Shown here: positions 25,069 to 35,940 of the stretch, piece by piece | Layout: every line of letters begins with the position of its first letter | Numbering within the stretch: position 1 is the first letter of the stretch | Assembly: GCF_004010195.1 (NCBI RefSeq) | Contig: NC_057755.1 | Span: 12,084,966-12,148,965 of the forward strand | DNA length: 64,000 bases | Direction: 5' to 3' | Source: Chiloscyllium plagiosum | Lineage: Eukaryota | Made by a program: the position numbers and the translations under genes | Notes under the pieces: model-generated | Database searches by the model: none | The model's input: the letters and a program-made list of their open reading frames with translations, nothing else | What the model was told of the DNA's origin: nothing

Positions 25069-25119
25069 GTTCCTTGGATGCTGCCTGACCTGCTGCGCAT
25101 TTCCAGCAACACATTTTCA
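25069..25119 (+). mobile_element. 51-bp Penelope family A insertion in ERV integrase
   Basis: Family A sequence; 24-bp TSD gcacccaccttcatcaggaaaggt at 25045-25068 and 25120-25143. Confidence 0.88.
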
Positions 25120-25700
25120 GCACCCACCTTCATCAGGAAAGGTTGAGAGAATGAACCAGACACTCAAGAAGCAGTTATCGAAATTAGTAATAGAAACCAG
25201 ACTCCCTTGGACTAAGTGTTTACCTATAGCCCTTTTGCGAGTGCGGACAGCCCCAAGGAAAGATATGGGGCTGTCCCCTTATGAGATATTGTTTATTCTG
25301 CCCTATCTAGGAATGAAAGGGGAACTGCCAACCCTGGAGACTAAAGATCTGTTCTTAAAAAAGTATATACTGGATTTGTCCTCATCTTTGTCTTTTCTTG
25401 GGAAACAGGGATTACTGGCATAGACTCCGCCCCTTGAATTCGCCATCCATCCCATCCAGCCGAGAGATTGGGTCCTAATTAAGTCATGGACAGAAACTAA
25501 ATTGCAACCGGATTGGGAGGGACCGTACCAGGCTCTTTTGACTCCTGAAACTGCGATACACACGGTGGAGAAAGGCTGGACTCACTACACCAGGATTAAA
25601 GGACCGATGGACTCCCCGATTAAGAAAGAAGCCTGGACGGCCGAATCGACGGGAGAACCACTGAAACTCAGACTCAAAAGACATTAAGTAACTAATTTTT

Positions 25701-26465
25701 ATGCGGACGCAGAATAGTTTCTTTTTGATATCTATATATTGTATTGCATGTTAAATCTCTCAGTCCTTCAATGATATTATAGGATGCTGGAATGTATGAT
25801 AGCCCTGTACCAGGATAACACTGCATGGAATGATAGGAATTGTACATCCCTATCTCTAATGTTCTCTCCCTTGTAGAAGACAGATTTGAAAGTTCCTCCC
25901 CCCCATTTTTGACCACAGTCGGGAATCACACATTGTGTATAAGCTAACAAGGTACAAATCGGTCTAGAGACTTGGGGGAGCTGAGTATAGATACTCAGAA
26001 TGGCACCGAAATGGACAAAGGAGGGAATTACTCAGCACTCCGGGGTCACCGGGTGGATCTCTGGTGGTACTGTGGAGGCAGAATATTGCGACCTACCCTA
26101 CCTCCTGACTGGAGAGGGATATGTGCAATTGTGCAATTGGCAATCCCATTCACCTTGGCATTTGAGAAGGAGAAGGTGGTAGTAACAAAGAATGAGAGGA
26201 GTAAAAGGTCGTTATTAGATCCTTCCTTTGATGATAGGATTTTTCTCGACTCTATAGGAGTTCCTAGAGGAGTCCCAGATGAGTTCAAGGCCCGCAACCA
26301 GATTGCAGCAGGTTTTGAATCGGCCCAATTTTAGTGGGTAACGGTCAACAAGAATGTGGACTGGATAAACTATATTTTTTACAACCAGCAAAGATTCATC
26401 AATTACACTAGAGATGCGGTCAAGGGTATTTCCGAGTAACTTGATGCAACCAGCAGAATGGCCTG
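25701..26465 (+). pseudogene. env: ERV env (SU shortened, TM with stops, runs into gap)
   Basis: DLWWYCGG..LPPDWRGICAIVQLAIPF; furin site RSKR 26197-26208; IGVPRGVPDEFKARNQIAAGFES..WVTVNKNVDWINYIFYNQQRFINYTRDAVKGI, resembling EnvP(b)1/HERV-IP-type TM. Confidence 0.9.
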
Positions 26466-26876
26466 NNNNNNNNNNNNNNNNNNNNNNNNNNNNNNNNNNN
26501 NNNNNNNNNNNNNNNNNNNNNNNNNNNNNNNNNNNNNNNNNNNNNNNNNNNNNNNNNNNNNNNNNNNNNNNNNNNNNNNNNNNNNNNNNNNNNNNNNNNN
26601 NNNNNNNNNNNNNNNNNNNNNNNNNNNNNNNNNNNNNNNNNNNNNNNNNNNNNNNNNNNNNNNNNNNNNNNNNNNNNNNNNNNNNNNNNNNNNNNNNNNN
26701 NNNNNNNNNNNNNNNNNNNNNNNNNNNNNNNNNNNNNNNNNNNNNNNNNNNNNNNNNNNNNNNNNNNNNNNNNNNNNNNNNNNNNNNNNNNNNNNNNNNN
26801 NNNNNNNNNNNNNNNNNNNNNNNNNNNNNNNNNNNNNNNNNNNNNNNNNNNNNNNNNNNNNNNNNNNNNNNNNNNN

Positions 26877-27400
26877 TAGGCTGCGCATGCAAATACTAAA
26901 CAGTGAGAAGCGAAAACAGGTAGAATTATCTCTGACTAATAGGGCAGAGTGACCGTGTAGCGGGATGTACCAGTAACAGGAGAATAGTGTGTCAGTTGCA
27001 GGAGGGATGTGGCCAACGGATGGAAATTAGTTTGGCAGGATGATCGCATGAAGACAGCAAACTATGCCAGGATAGTCACATATAAGGAATGAGATAAATA
27101 AGAGTAAGGGACGACAGGCTTGGAGTAATGGGAGAAGTAAACAGAGGCGGAGAGAAGCTAGACAAAGGTGAGGTGAAGCTAGAGCTTGTGAAGGCTACGT
27201 GATACAGCAAAAGTAACCAATGGAGTGAAAGGGGAGGACCGAGAGACACAGCTGAACAGCATAAATCAGAATGTAGCCCTCAGATCAGGGGGGGCTTACT
27301 CGTTAGGCACCCGTTCTTGCAAGTACATATCAATAAAATTCACTGCTTCAGAATTTGTCTCGGACTGGAATTTATTAATATGTGAGTTTTGTTTCTCACA
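26877..27400 (+). repeat. ERV 3' LTR (5' part lost in gap)
   Basis: TATA-like cataaat ~27260, AATAAA 27332-27337, terminal ...tctcaca, after which Gmr1 protease sequence resumes. Confidence 0.8.
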
Positions 27401-28458
27401 CGTTACCAGTACCTTTCCTGGCAATAGTCCTTCAGAGGTACATATCTCCTCATCTTTCAACATCAAAGGTTAAGAGGATCCTATATCTCTTTACCTACTG
27501 TTCCTGGCCTATGTGAGTAAACTTTACCTTTGCATGTATATGGTTTAAGAAGATCTGGCACTTCTTCCTTAACCAACCTCCAACCAGGTTGTACATTCTG
27601 GTGCAGCTTTCTAACATCCATGTTACTTTCCGTTACAACTCCAAAAAGATTCATGACCTTAGCCCATTTTCCTACATCTGGCTTCCCAGTGCTTTTCCTA
27701 ACTCACAAAATTGTTGTTTCATGTGGCCCACTTTATTGCAGTGAAAACACCAGAGATTTTTAACTTTTCTTTCCCCTCAAGGGTTTCCTTTTGACTCTGT
27801 AGTAAGTTCTCCTTATGATCTTCACTGAGATCTACCATTCCCTTTCCACAAGAGGATTTCTCTTTTCCCCAATTTCAATCCATCGTGGATTGAAATTGAT
27901 TTTGGAAGCCAACCTTTGATTTATGGACCAACTCAGGCATTTCAGCTGCTAAAATCATTGTTTTAACTCTCTGCTCTTCCACATAAGATCTCATTACTTC
28001 AGTAAGTGAATTTTGAACTCCTATCTAAGTCGCAAATTCTTAAGTTTAAACTCTCTTTTTTTTCCTTCCCTCCCTCTCCTTTTCTCTCTGTCTTCTCTCT
28101 CTCTTTCCTCTGCTTTTAATCGTAATTCAAACCATTTCATTTCTTTTGCCATTGCCACTAGTTTAAGTTGCTTCATTTTCAGAAAATTTAAATGCTGAGC
28201 TATTGCTGTAATTATCTCTCCCTTCCTTCCGGAAGGAGGCAGCAACTTCCAGCAGCTTGGCCTTATTCACCTTTGCCAAGGCCCCCGAAGTCACTTCTTC
28301 CACCGCCCAGAAAACTCTTGCTGACTGAAACAGTGATTGCTATCCCAAGCACTGTTTAAACCAACCAAATTAAACACCCAGAACAAAAGACAATAATTCC
28401 TACCACTCACTGCCTTCGAGTCGAGCAATCCTAATCCCAAATTAGAACTAGAAAACAA

Positions 28459-28477
28459 ATCCCGCAAAGAGTCCCCA
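28459..28477 (-). promoter_or_regulatory. Degenerate tRNA-Pro primer-binding site of the Gmr1-like element
   Basis: tggggactctttgcgggat vs canonical tgggggctcgtccgggat, 3 nt from the LTR end ...acaaca. Confidence 0.6.
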
Positions 28478-28515
28478 GTCTGTTGTGGCCCAGGCCAGAG
28501 CCCCTCAAAAAGTAG

Positions 28516-29875
28516 CAGATAGTGAAGGGGACTGTCAGAGAATACAGCAGAATATAGGTAGATCGGAGAGCTGAACAAGCTCCACAAATTTACTAACCCA
28601 TCCTTTTACGCCCTTATCCAGATGATTATAAAGATGACAAACAGTAGTGGCCCAAAACAGATCCTTGAGGTACACCACTATCCTTGATTGGCCCTACTCT
28701 TTCTCTTATCATTCTTTTATTCCTGATATACCTATAGAAAGCTTTGGGGTTTAGCTTGATCATATCTGCCAACATTTTCTCTTGTCCCCCTCTGGCTCTT
28801 CTTAACTCTCTCTTTAGGGTCTTTCCTGGCTAACTTGTAACTCTTAACCACCCTAACTGAACCTTCATGTCTCATTCTAACATAAGCCACCTTCTTCCTC
28901 TTGACAAGAGATTCAATTTCTTCAGTAAACCATGGCTCCATTGCTCGACCACTTCCTCCCTGCTTGACAGGTACATACTTATCAAGGACACGCAGTAGCT
29001 GTTCCTTGAATAAGCTCCACATTGCAATTGTGCCCATCCCCTGCAGTTTCCTTCCTCATCCTAAATCTTGCTGAATTGCATCATGATTGCCTTTCCCCCA
29101 GCAATAACTCTTGTCCTGCGGTATATACCTATCCTTTTCCATCACTAATGTAAACATAACCAAATTGTGCTCACTCTCACCAAAATGCTCACCTATCTCC
29201 AAATCTAACATCTGGCCAGGTTCATTACCCAGTGCCAAATCCAACATGGCTTCACCCCTTGTTGGCCTGTCAACATACTGTCAGGAAACCCTCCTGCACA
29301 CATTGGATAAAAACTGATCCAACTAAAGTACTCAAACTATAGTATTTCCAGTCAATATTTGGAAATTTAAAGTCCCACATAACAACTACCCTGTTACTCT
29401 CGCTCATATCCAGCATTATCTTTGCTATTCATTCCTCTACATCTCTGGAACTATTCAGAGGCCTATAGAAAACTCCCAACAGGGTGACCTCTCCTTTCCT
29501 GTTTCTAACCTCAGCCCATACTACCTCAGCAGACAAGTCCTCAAATGTAATGTTTCTGCCACTGTATTACCTTGACCAACAATGCCACACCTCCCCCTCT
29601 TTTACCATCATCTATGTTCTCACTGAAACATCTAAATCCCAGAACCTGCAACAACCATTCCTGTCCCTGCTCTATCCATGTCTCCGAAATGATCACAACA
29701 TCGAAGCCCCAGTTACCAACATATGCTGCACGTTCACCCATTTTGTTCCAGGTGCACCTGGCGTTGAAATAGACACACTTCCTGCTTGCCAGTGAACTCT
29801 TGTGACCTTGAAACTTCATTTCTGACCTCACTACTTTCAACCTCTTGGACACTGGAACTACAATTTAAGTTAAAA
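28516..29875 (-). mobile_element. CR1 LINE ORF2 N-terminal (APE endonuclease) fragment, truncating the Gmr1 5'LTR
   Basis: KCVYFNAR, DVVIISETW, RGGGVALLVK, LDLALGNEPGQ, EPWFTEEI. Confidence 0.85.
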
Positions 29876-29880
29876 ACTTT

Positions 29881-30010
29881 GAGGAGAAAGTGAGGTGTGA
29901 GATCAGAGCTGGAGATCAGAGCTGAAAATGTGTTGCTGGAAAAGCGCAGCAGGTCACGCAGCATCCAGGGAACAGGAGAATCGATGTTTCGGGCATAAGC
30001 CCTTCTTCAC
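29881..30010 (-). mobile_element. Penelope family A terminus
   Basis: gagaaagtgagg...ctggaaaagcgcagcagg...tttcgggcataagcccttcttca. Confidence 0.8.
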
Positions 30011-30399
30011 TGTCCTGTTTACCTGTGTCTTCACTTTCAAGGAGCTATGTACCTGACCCCAAGGTCCCTTTGTTCGGCAACACTCCCCAAACCTTACCAT
30101 TAAGTGTATAAGTCTTATATGCTCCTCAAATTAACCATAGAGGTCAGAAACCACTCCACCCAGGTCTTTAACCGATTTACAATTTGCACTTTTTCACACT
30201 ATTTAAACACCCACTACAACTTTCTCATCGCCCAAATCTCTATCTTCACAGTGACAGACTTCAGGTGGTTTCACCAATCTTTGTATATTTGTAAAAATAC
30301 ACTTTGCGATTGTGGAGGGTTTGTGAATTCCATGCCCATTCTCTGAGAACCTGCAGGAGGATCAGGATTGGGAGCTGAGTATTCAAGGATATACAGAAC

Positions 30400-33300
30400 A
30401 ACCTTGATTATCTTAATGAGACGGGCAGGGAGTGATGATACACCAAGAGATAGAAAAGATGTGTCGAAAAGGCAATGTTACAGTGATCATGGGGAATTCC
30501 AATATGTAGGTGGACAAGATGGCTTTTTGGAGCAGATTGTGGTAGACCTCAGTAGGGAACAGGCAATACTGAATTTAGTATTGTTCAATGAGGCAGACTT
30601 GATAAGGGAGCTTAAGCTTTAAGGGCAGCACAGTAGCACAATGGTTATCTCTGCTGCCTCACATCGCCAGAGACCTAGGTTCAATTCCTGCCTCAGGCAA
30701 CTGTCTGTGTGGAGTTTGCACTTTCTCCCTGTGTCTGCGTGGGTTTCCTCCAGGTACTCCAGTTTCCTCCCACAGTCCAAAAATGTGCAGGTTAGGTGAA
30801 TTGGCTGTGCTAAATTGCCTGTAGTGTTAGGTGAAGGTGGAAATGTAGGGGAATGGGTCTGGGTGGATTGCTCTTCGGCAGATCGGTGTGGACTTGCTGG
30901 GGCGAAGGGCCTGTTTCCACACCGTAAGTAATCTAACCTTAAGTCAAAGATGAAGGAACCCTAAGAGGCAGTGATCATTGTATGATTGAGTTTACTCTGC
31001 AATATGAGACAGAGAAGATAGAATCAGAGATAACAGTATTACAGCTGAATAGAGGCAACTACAGAGGTATGAGGGAGGAGCTGGGTAGAATTGATTGGGA
31101 GAGAAGCCTAGCGGGAAAAACAGTGGAACAGCAATAGACAATAGGTGCAGGAGTAGGCCATTTGGCCCTTCGAGCCAGAACCACCATTCATTATGATCAT
31201 GGCTGATCATCCACAATCAGTATCCTGTTCCTGCCTTATCCCCATAACCCTTGATTCCACTATCTTCAAGAGCTCTAGCCATCTCTTTCTTGAAAGTATC
31301 CAGAGACCTGGCTTTCACTACCTTCTGGGACAGAGCATTCCATATATCCACAACTCTCTGGGTGAAGAAGTTTCTCCTCAACTCTGTTCTAAATGACCTA
31401 CCCCTTGTTGTTAAACTGTGTTCTCTGGTTCTGGACTCACCCATCAGCACAAACATGCTTCCTGTCTCCAGAGTGTCCAATCCTTTAATAATCTTACATA
31501 TCTCAATCAGATCCCCTCTCATCCTTCTAAACTCAAGTGTATACAAGCCCAGTCATTCCAATCTTTCAACATATGATAGTCCTGCCATTCTGGGAATTGA
31601 CTACGTGAACCTATGCTGCACTCCCTCAATAGTCAGAATGTCCTTCTTCAAATTTGGAGACCAAAACTGCGCACAATACTCCAGGTGTGATCTCACCAGG
31701 GCCCTGTACAGCTACAGAAGGACCTCTTTGCTCCTATACTCAATTCCTCTTGATATGAAAGCCAGTATGCCATTAGATTTCTTCACTGCCTGCTGTACCT
31801 GCAAGCTTACTTTCATTGACTGACGTAAAGAACACCTAGATTTCCTTGTACTTCCCCTTTACCTAACTTGACTTCATTTAGATAGTAATCTGCCTTCCTA
31901 TTCTTGCCACCAAAGTGGATAACCACACATTTCCCTACATCTGTCATGCATTCGTCCACTCACCTAGCCTGTCCAAGTCACCCTGTATACTCATAACATC
32001 CTCCTCACATTTCACCCTGCCACCCAGCTTTGTGTCATCAGCAAGTTTGCTAATATTACTTTTAATACCTTCACCTATATCACTAATGTATATTGTAAAC
32101 AGTTGCGGTCCCAGCACCAAACTTTGTGGTACCCCACTGGTCACTGCCTGACATTCTGAAAAGGACCCATTTATCTCTACTTGTTTCCTGAGAGCCAGTC
32201 AATTTTCAATCCAAGTCAGCACCTTGCCCCCAATACCATGTACCCTAATTTTGCTCACTAATCTCCTATGTGGGACTTTATCAAAGGCTTTCTGAAAGTC
32301 CAGGTACATTACATCCACTGGCTCTCCCTTGTCCATCTTCATAGTTACATCCTCAAAAAATTCCAGTAGATTAGACAAGCATGATTTCGCCTTCATAAAT
32401 CCAATGGCAAGAGTTTCTGGGAGTAATTCAGGAGACACAGGATTCATCCCGAGGAAAAAGAAGCATGGTAGAGGGAGGATGATACAACCACGGCTGACTA
32501 AGGTCAGGGATAGCATCAAGGCAACAAACAAAGAATAGAATGTGGCGAAGGGCAATGAGAAACCAGAGGATTGGGAAGCTTACAAAGACCAGCAGAGGCA
32601 ACAAAAAAAAAGAGGGAGAAGATTAAATGTGAAGGTAAGCTAGCCAGTAAAATAAAGGAAGACTGTAAGAGTTTCTTTAGATATATAAAGGGCAAAGGTG
32701 GGCATTGGACCACTGGAAAATGACACTGGAGAGATAGTAGTGGAGTACAAAGAAATGGCTGAGGAACTGAATAATTACTTTGCAAATGTCTTCACATTGG
32801 AAAACATGAATAATATCCCAAAAATTCAAGAGAGTGAGTGGGCAGAGCTGATTATGGTAGCCATCGCCAAAGAGAAGGTGTCAGAAAAACTGAATGGCCT
32901 GAAGGTGGATAAATCATCTGGATTTTGAGGCAGCAATGAGCAGGTTAGACCAAGGAGAGCCAATGGATGTTATCAATCTGGACTTCAAGAAGGACTCCAA
33001 CAAGATGTCACACAGGAGGCTACTGAGTAAGATAAGGGCCCATGGTGTTAAAGGAATGGATAGAAGCTTGGCTGTCTGGCAGAAAGCAGAGAGTGGGGAT
33101 AAAAGGGTCCTTCTCAGGATAGCAGCCAGTGACAAGTGGTGTTCCGCAAAGCTCAGTGTTGGGACCACAACTTTTCACCTTATACATGAATGATCTAGAT
33201 GAACTGAGGGCATTCTGACTAAGATTGCAGACGATACAAAGATAGGCAGAGGGACAGGTAGCATTGAGGAGGCAGGGAGGCTACAGAAGCATTTGGACAG

Positions 33301-34150
33301 TTTAGGAGAGTGGGCAAAGAAGTGGCAGATGGAATACAACGTGGGAAAGTGTGAATTTATGCACTTTGGTAGGAAGAATAGGGGCAGGGACTATTTTCTA
33401 AATGGGGAGAAAATTCAGAAATCTGAAGTGCAAAGAGACTTGGGACTTCCAGTCCAGGTTTCTCTCAAGGTAAATTTGCAGGTTGAGTCAGTAGGCAAAT
33501 GCAATGATGACATTTGTTTTGAAAGGACTTGAATAGAAATGCAGGGATGTACTTGTGAGGCACTATAAGACTCTGGTCAGACCACATTTGGAGTACTGTG
33601 TGCAGTTTTGGGCCCCATATCTCAGGGGGGATGTAGAGGTGTTGGAGGGTGTTTGGAGGAGGTTCACGAGAATGGTCATAGAAATGAAAAGCTTAACATA
33701 TGAGGAATGTTCAAGGACTCTAGGTCTATGATTGACTCTAAGTCTAGGTTGATGGAGTTTAGAAGGATGGGGTGGGGGATCTAAATGAAATTTACAGAAT
33801 ACTAAATTACCTGAACAGTGTGGATATTGAGAAAATCTTTTGATTGATAGGAGAGGCTAGAACCTGAGGACACAGCCTTAGAGTAAAGGGAAGACCTTTT
33901 AGAATGGAGATAAAGAAATACTTCTTCAGCCAGAGAGTGGTGAATCTGTGGAATTCATTACCCCCGGGAGGCCAGGTCATGGAATGTATTTAAGTCTGAG
34001 ATAGATAGGTCCTTGATTGTCAAGGGGTTCAATGGTTATGGGGAGGAAGAGGGAGAATGGAATTGAGAAGTTTATCAGCCATGATAGAATGGCAGAGCAT
34101 TCTCGATGGGCTGAATGGCCTAATTTCTGCTCCTATGTCTTATGGTCTTA
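30400..34150 (+). mobile_element. CR1 LINE ORF2 remnant with nested HE1 (30623-30940, +) and nested opposite-strand CR1 (31135-32405, -)
   Basis: Host: ILNLVLFNE, EELNNYFANVF, WQMEYNVGKC, tail tatgtcttatggtctta; nested CR1: SCLSNLLEFFEDVT, LDFQKAFDKVPH, SGVPQ, KLADDTK. Confidence 0.85.
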
Positions 34151-35389
34151 CGATCTTATGGTTATTCTTTGACTCTGTTATTAGCAGTTACATTGTCATA
34201 GTTTCCTCCTGGGGATCAGGGTGGCAGCCCATCCAGTTATTGGCTTCTTTCTCAGTGATATCAAGGCACCTCTGATTTAATGAAAACAATCCCGAGGCCT
34301 ATCTCTCAGCCCATGTCATGGAAGTTCAGTTCCACATCTGTGCTTCTGACTCGCTGGGGTAGGGTAGGTGTCTGCCACCCCTGCAGAATCTGTCCTTGTT
34401 TATCAGGAGAGCAGAAAACAAGTATGAGCTGGTTATTCCCCATATGGGAATCACCTCCAGATTCCAGACCCTCTTCTACTATCATCTGCACACAGTCCGC
34501 TTGGAGTAACTGGCTCAGCTCAATCAGCTTAATCAGTAGGAGAGACTTGCTGATGTGTGGCCACTGGTCAAGCAGGGAATGAATCCTGAAGCTTTAACCT
34601 GTCATTTTGAAGTTGAGAAAGCATTGGTGTTATAGTCGAGGCCAGGCTGATGGTCAGTTTGCCTTCCGACCTGCTGTGGTTGATGTGGAAGCTTCACACA
34701 GACAGACTTATCAGCTGCTGACACAGCTTTGAGCAAACACTTCCTGAGTTTTCAAACTATTTCCTGTGCACTTTACAGCTTTGTATACAAATGTATCAAT
34801 GACTGATGAGGTTTGGCTCAATAATTAATATCTGACATCATCTGTTTAAGACAACTACAAATTCCTACGTTGTTTCAGTTCATACACCATTAAAATTCGG
34901 TTTCAATTTATTTTGAGGACCATCTGAGCCAAGGTATTCAGAGGAAAGCCTGAGGTGGCAGGCTGCAGAAGACCAGCCAACACCAACAACAATCTGAGCT
35001 GCTGGCTGTATAGATATCCGCAATGATGTCTCAACAGACTCTTCAGTGAGAGGAGACACCCCTTGGGCACGCCTCAAATACAGAGGAATCTGCCATAAGA
35101 CTGGTCAAAACAATAGGCCTCTGGCTGCTGGTGTTTTCAGACATGCTGAAGTAATGCAACAGTACCAAAAACAATTTATATTTATATAGCACCTTCACAC
35201 AGAAACATCCAAAGGCACAATATAAAACAAAATATGACAATGAGTCACATTTGGAGATATTAAGTCAGGTCACCAACAGTGAGTCCACTTTGATCAAATC
35301 TGTTGTTTGTGGGATCACTTCCCTCTGTCTTTCACCGCTTCTGCCATTTGTCATGCAAGTCATCCTGTTTTGTTACTTCTCCAATTTAT

Positions 35390-35930
35390 TATTTTTATTC
35401 TCTCACGGGCGCGACCATTACTGGCAAGGCCAGCATTTGTTGCCCTTGGAAAGAGTGACTGAAGAAGGAATTTCAGAAGGTAGTTAGGAGTCAACCGCAG
35501 GTCTACAGTAATATGTTGGTGAGACCAGGTATGGATGATCGATTTCCATTCCAAAAGGACTTCAGTGGTCTGGACATGTTTTTACAACACCTGACGATAG
35601 TTGTCATCATTATTGTGACGAGTTTTACATATTCCAGAATTTTAATTTAAATTTCACTAACTGCTATGGTGGAATCTGAACATATCCTAAACATGTAGAC
35701 CATCATGGTGGCTCAGTGGTTAGCATTGCTGCCTCACAACCCCAGGGATCTGGGTTCAATTCCTGCCTCGGGTGACTAACTGTGTGGAATTTGTCTGTGT
35801 CAGCATGGGTTTCCTCCCACAATCCAGTCAGGAGTAAATGTAGGGGAGGGGAAAGGGATTACTCTTCGGAGAGTTGGTGTGGATTTGTTGGGCCAAATAG
35901 CCTGTTTCCACACTGTAGCGATTCTATGAA
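35390..35930. mobile_element. DeuSINE-like fragment (-, 35390-35700) followed by HE1 SINE (+, 35703-35930)
   Basis: Similarity to the 59820 copy; HE1 head and tail. Confidence 0.65.
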
Positions 35931-35940
35931 TAGTCATAGT

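Larger units (their letters stand above)
21664..25687 (+). pseudogene. pol: ERV pro-pol (disrupted)
   Basis: FLIDMGA (DTG changed to DMG) 21760; SPYNTPILPV; LPQGF; YVDD 22681-22692; FLGLTGYCRLWI; RNase H FIDGSS/DSKYAFG/GNRLAD; IN HQGSHWG..C..C, QVDY, IDSDQG, VERMN, GPY. Confidence 0.93.
20090..27400 (+). mobile_element. Class I endogenous retrovirus (HERV-I/HERV-IP-like), defective, 5'LTR absent
   Basis: Collinear gag, pro, RT, RNase H, IN, env and 3'LTR ending in CA at 27400. Confidence 0.92.
16581..28510 (-). mobile_element. Decayed Gmr1-like Ty3/gypsy LTR retrotransposon (gag-PR-IN-RT-RH), host of the ERV insertion
   Basis: LTR-edge match 16581-16609 vs 28482-28510 (24/29); degenerate tRNA-Pro PBS; gag (EFKNSLTEVMRSYVEEQRVK-like, ~28000); PR ~27400-27560; IN 19800-18810; RT 18600-17500 (WSSPIVMVPK, SKLDLLRGY, YIDD); RNase H 17470-17140 (IDASDVGVGSVL, EKETL). 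Confidence 0.85.

Noticed and set aside
25972..26465. env as a co-opted syncytin-like gene
   Set aside because: In-frame stops in TM and a truncated, stop-ridden SU
26215..26952. Long ORFs across Ns (also 62020-63048)
   Set aside because: Length comes from assembly gaps
34200..35160. Non-repeat-looking stretch with short ORFs and AG acceptors
   Set aside because: Stops in all frames, no consistent exon or motif
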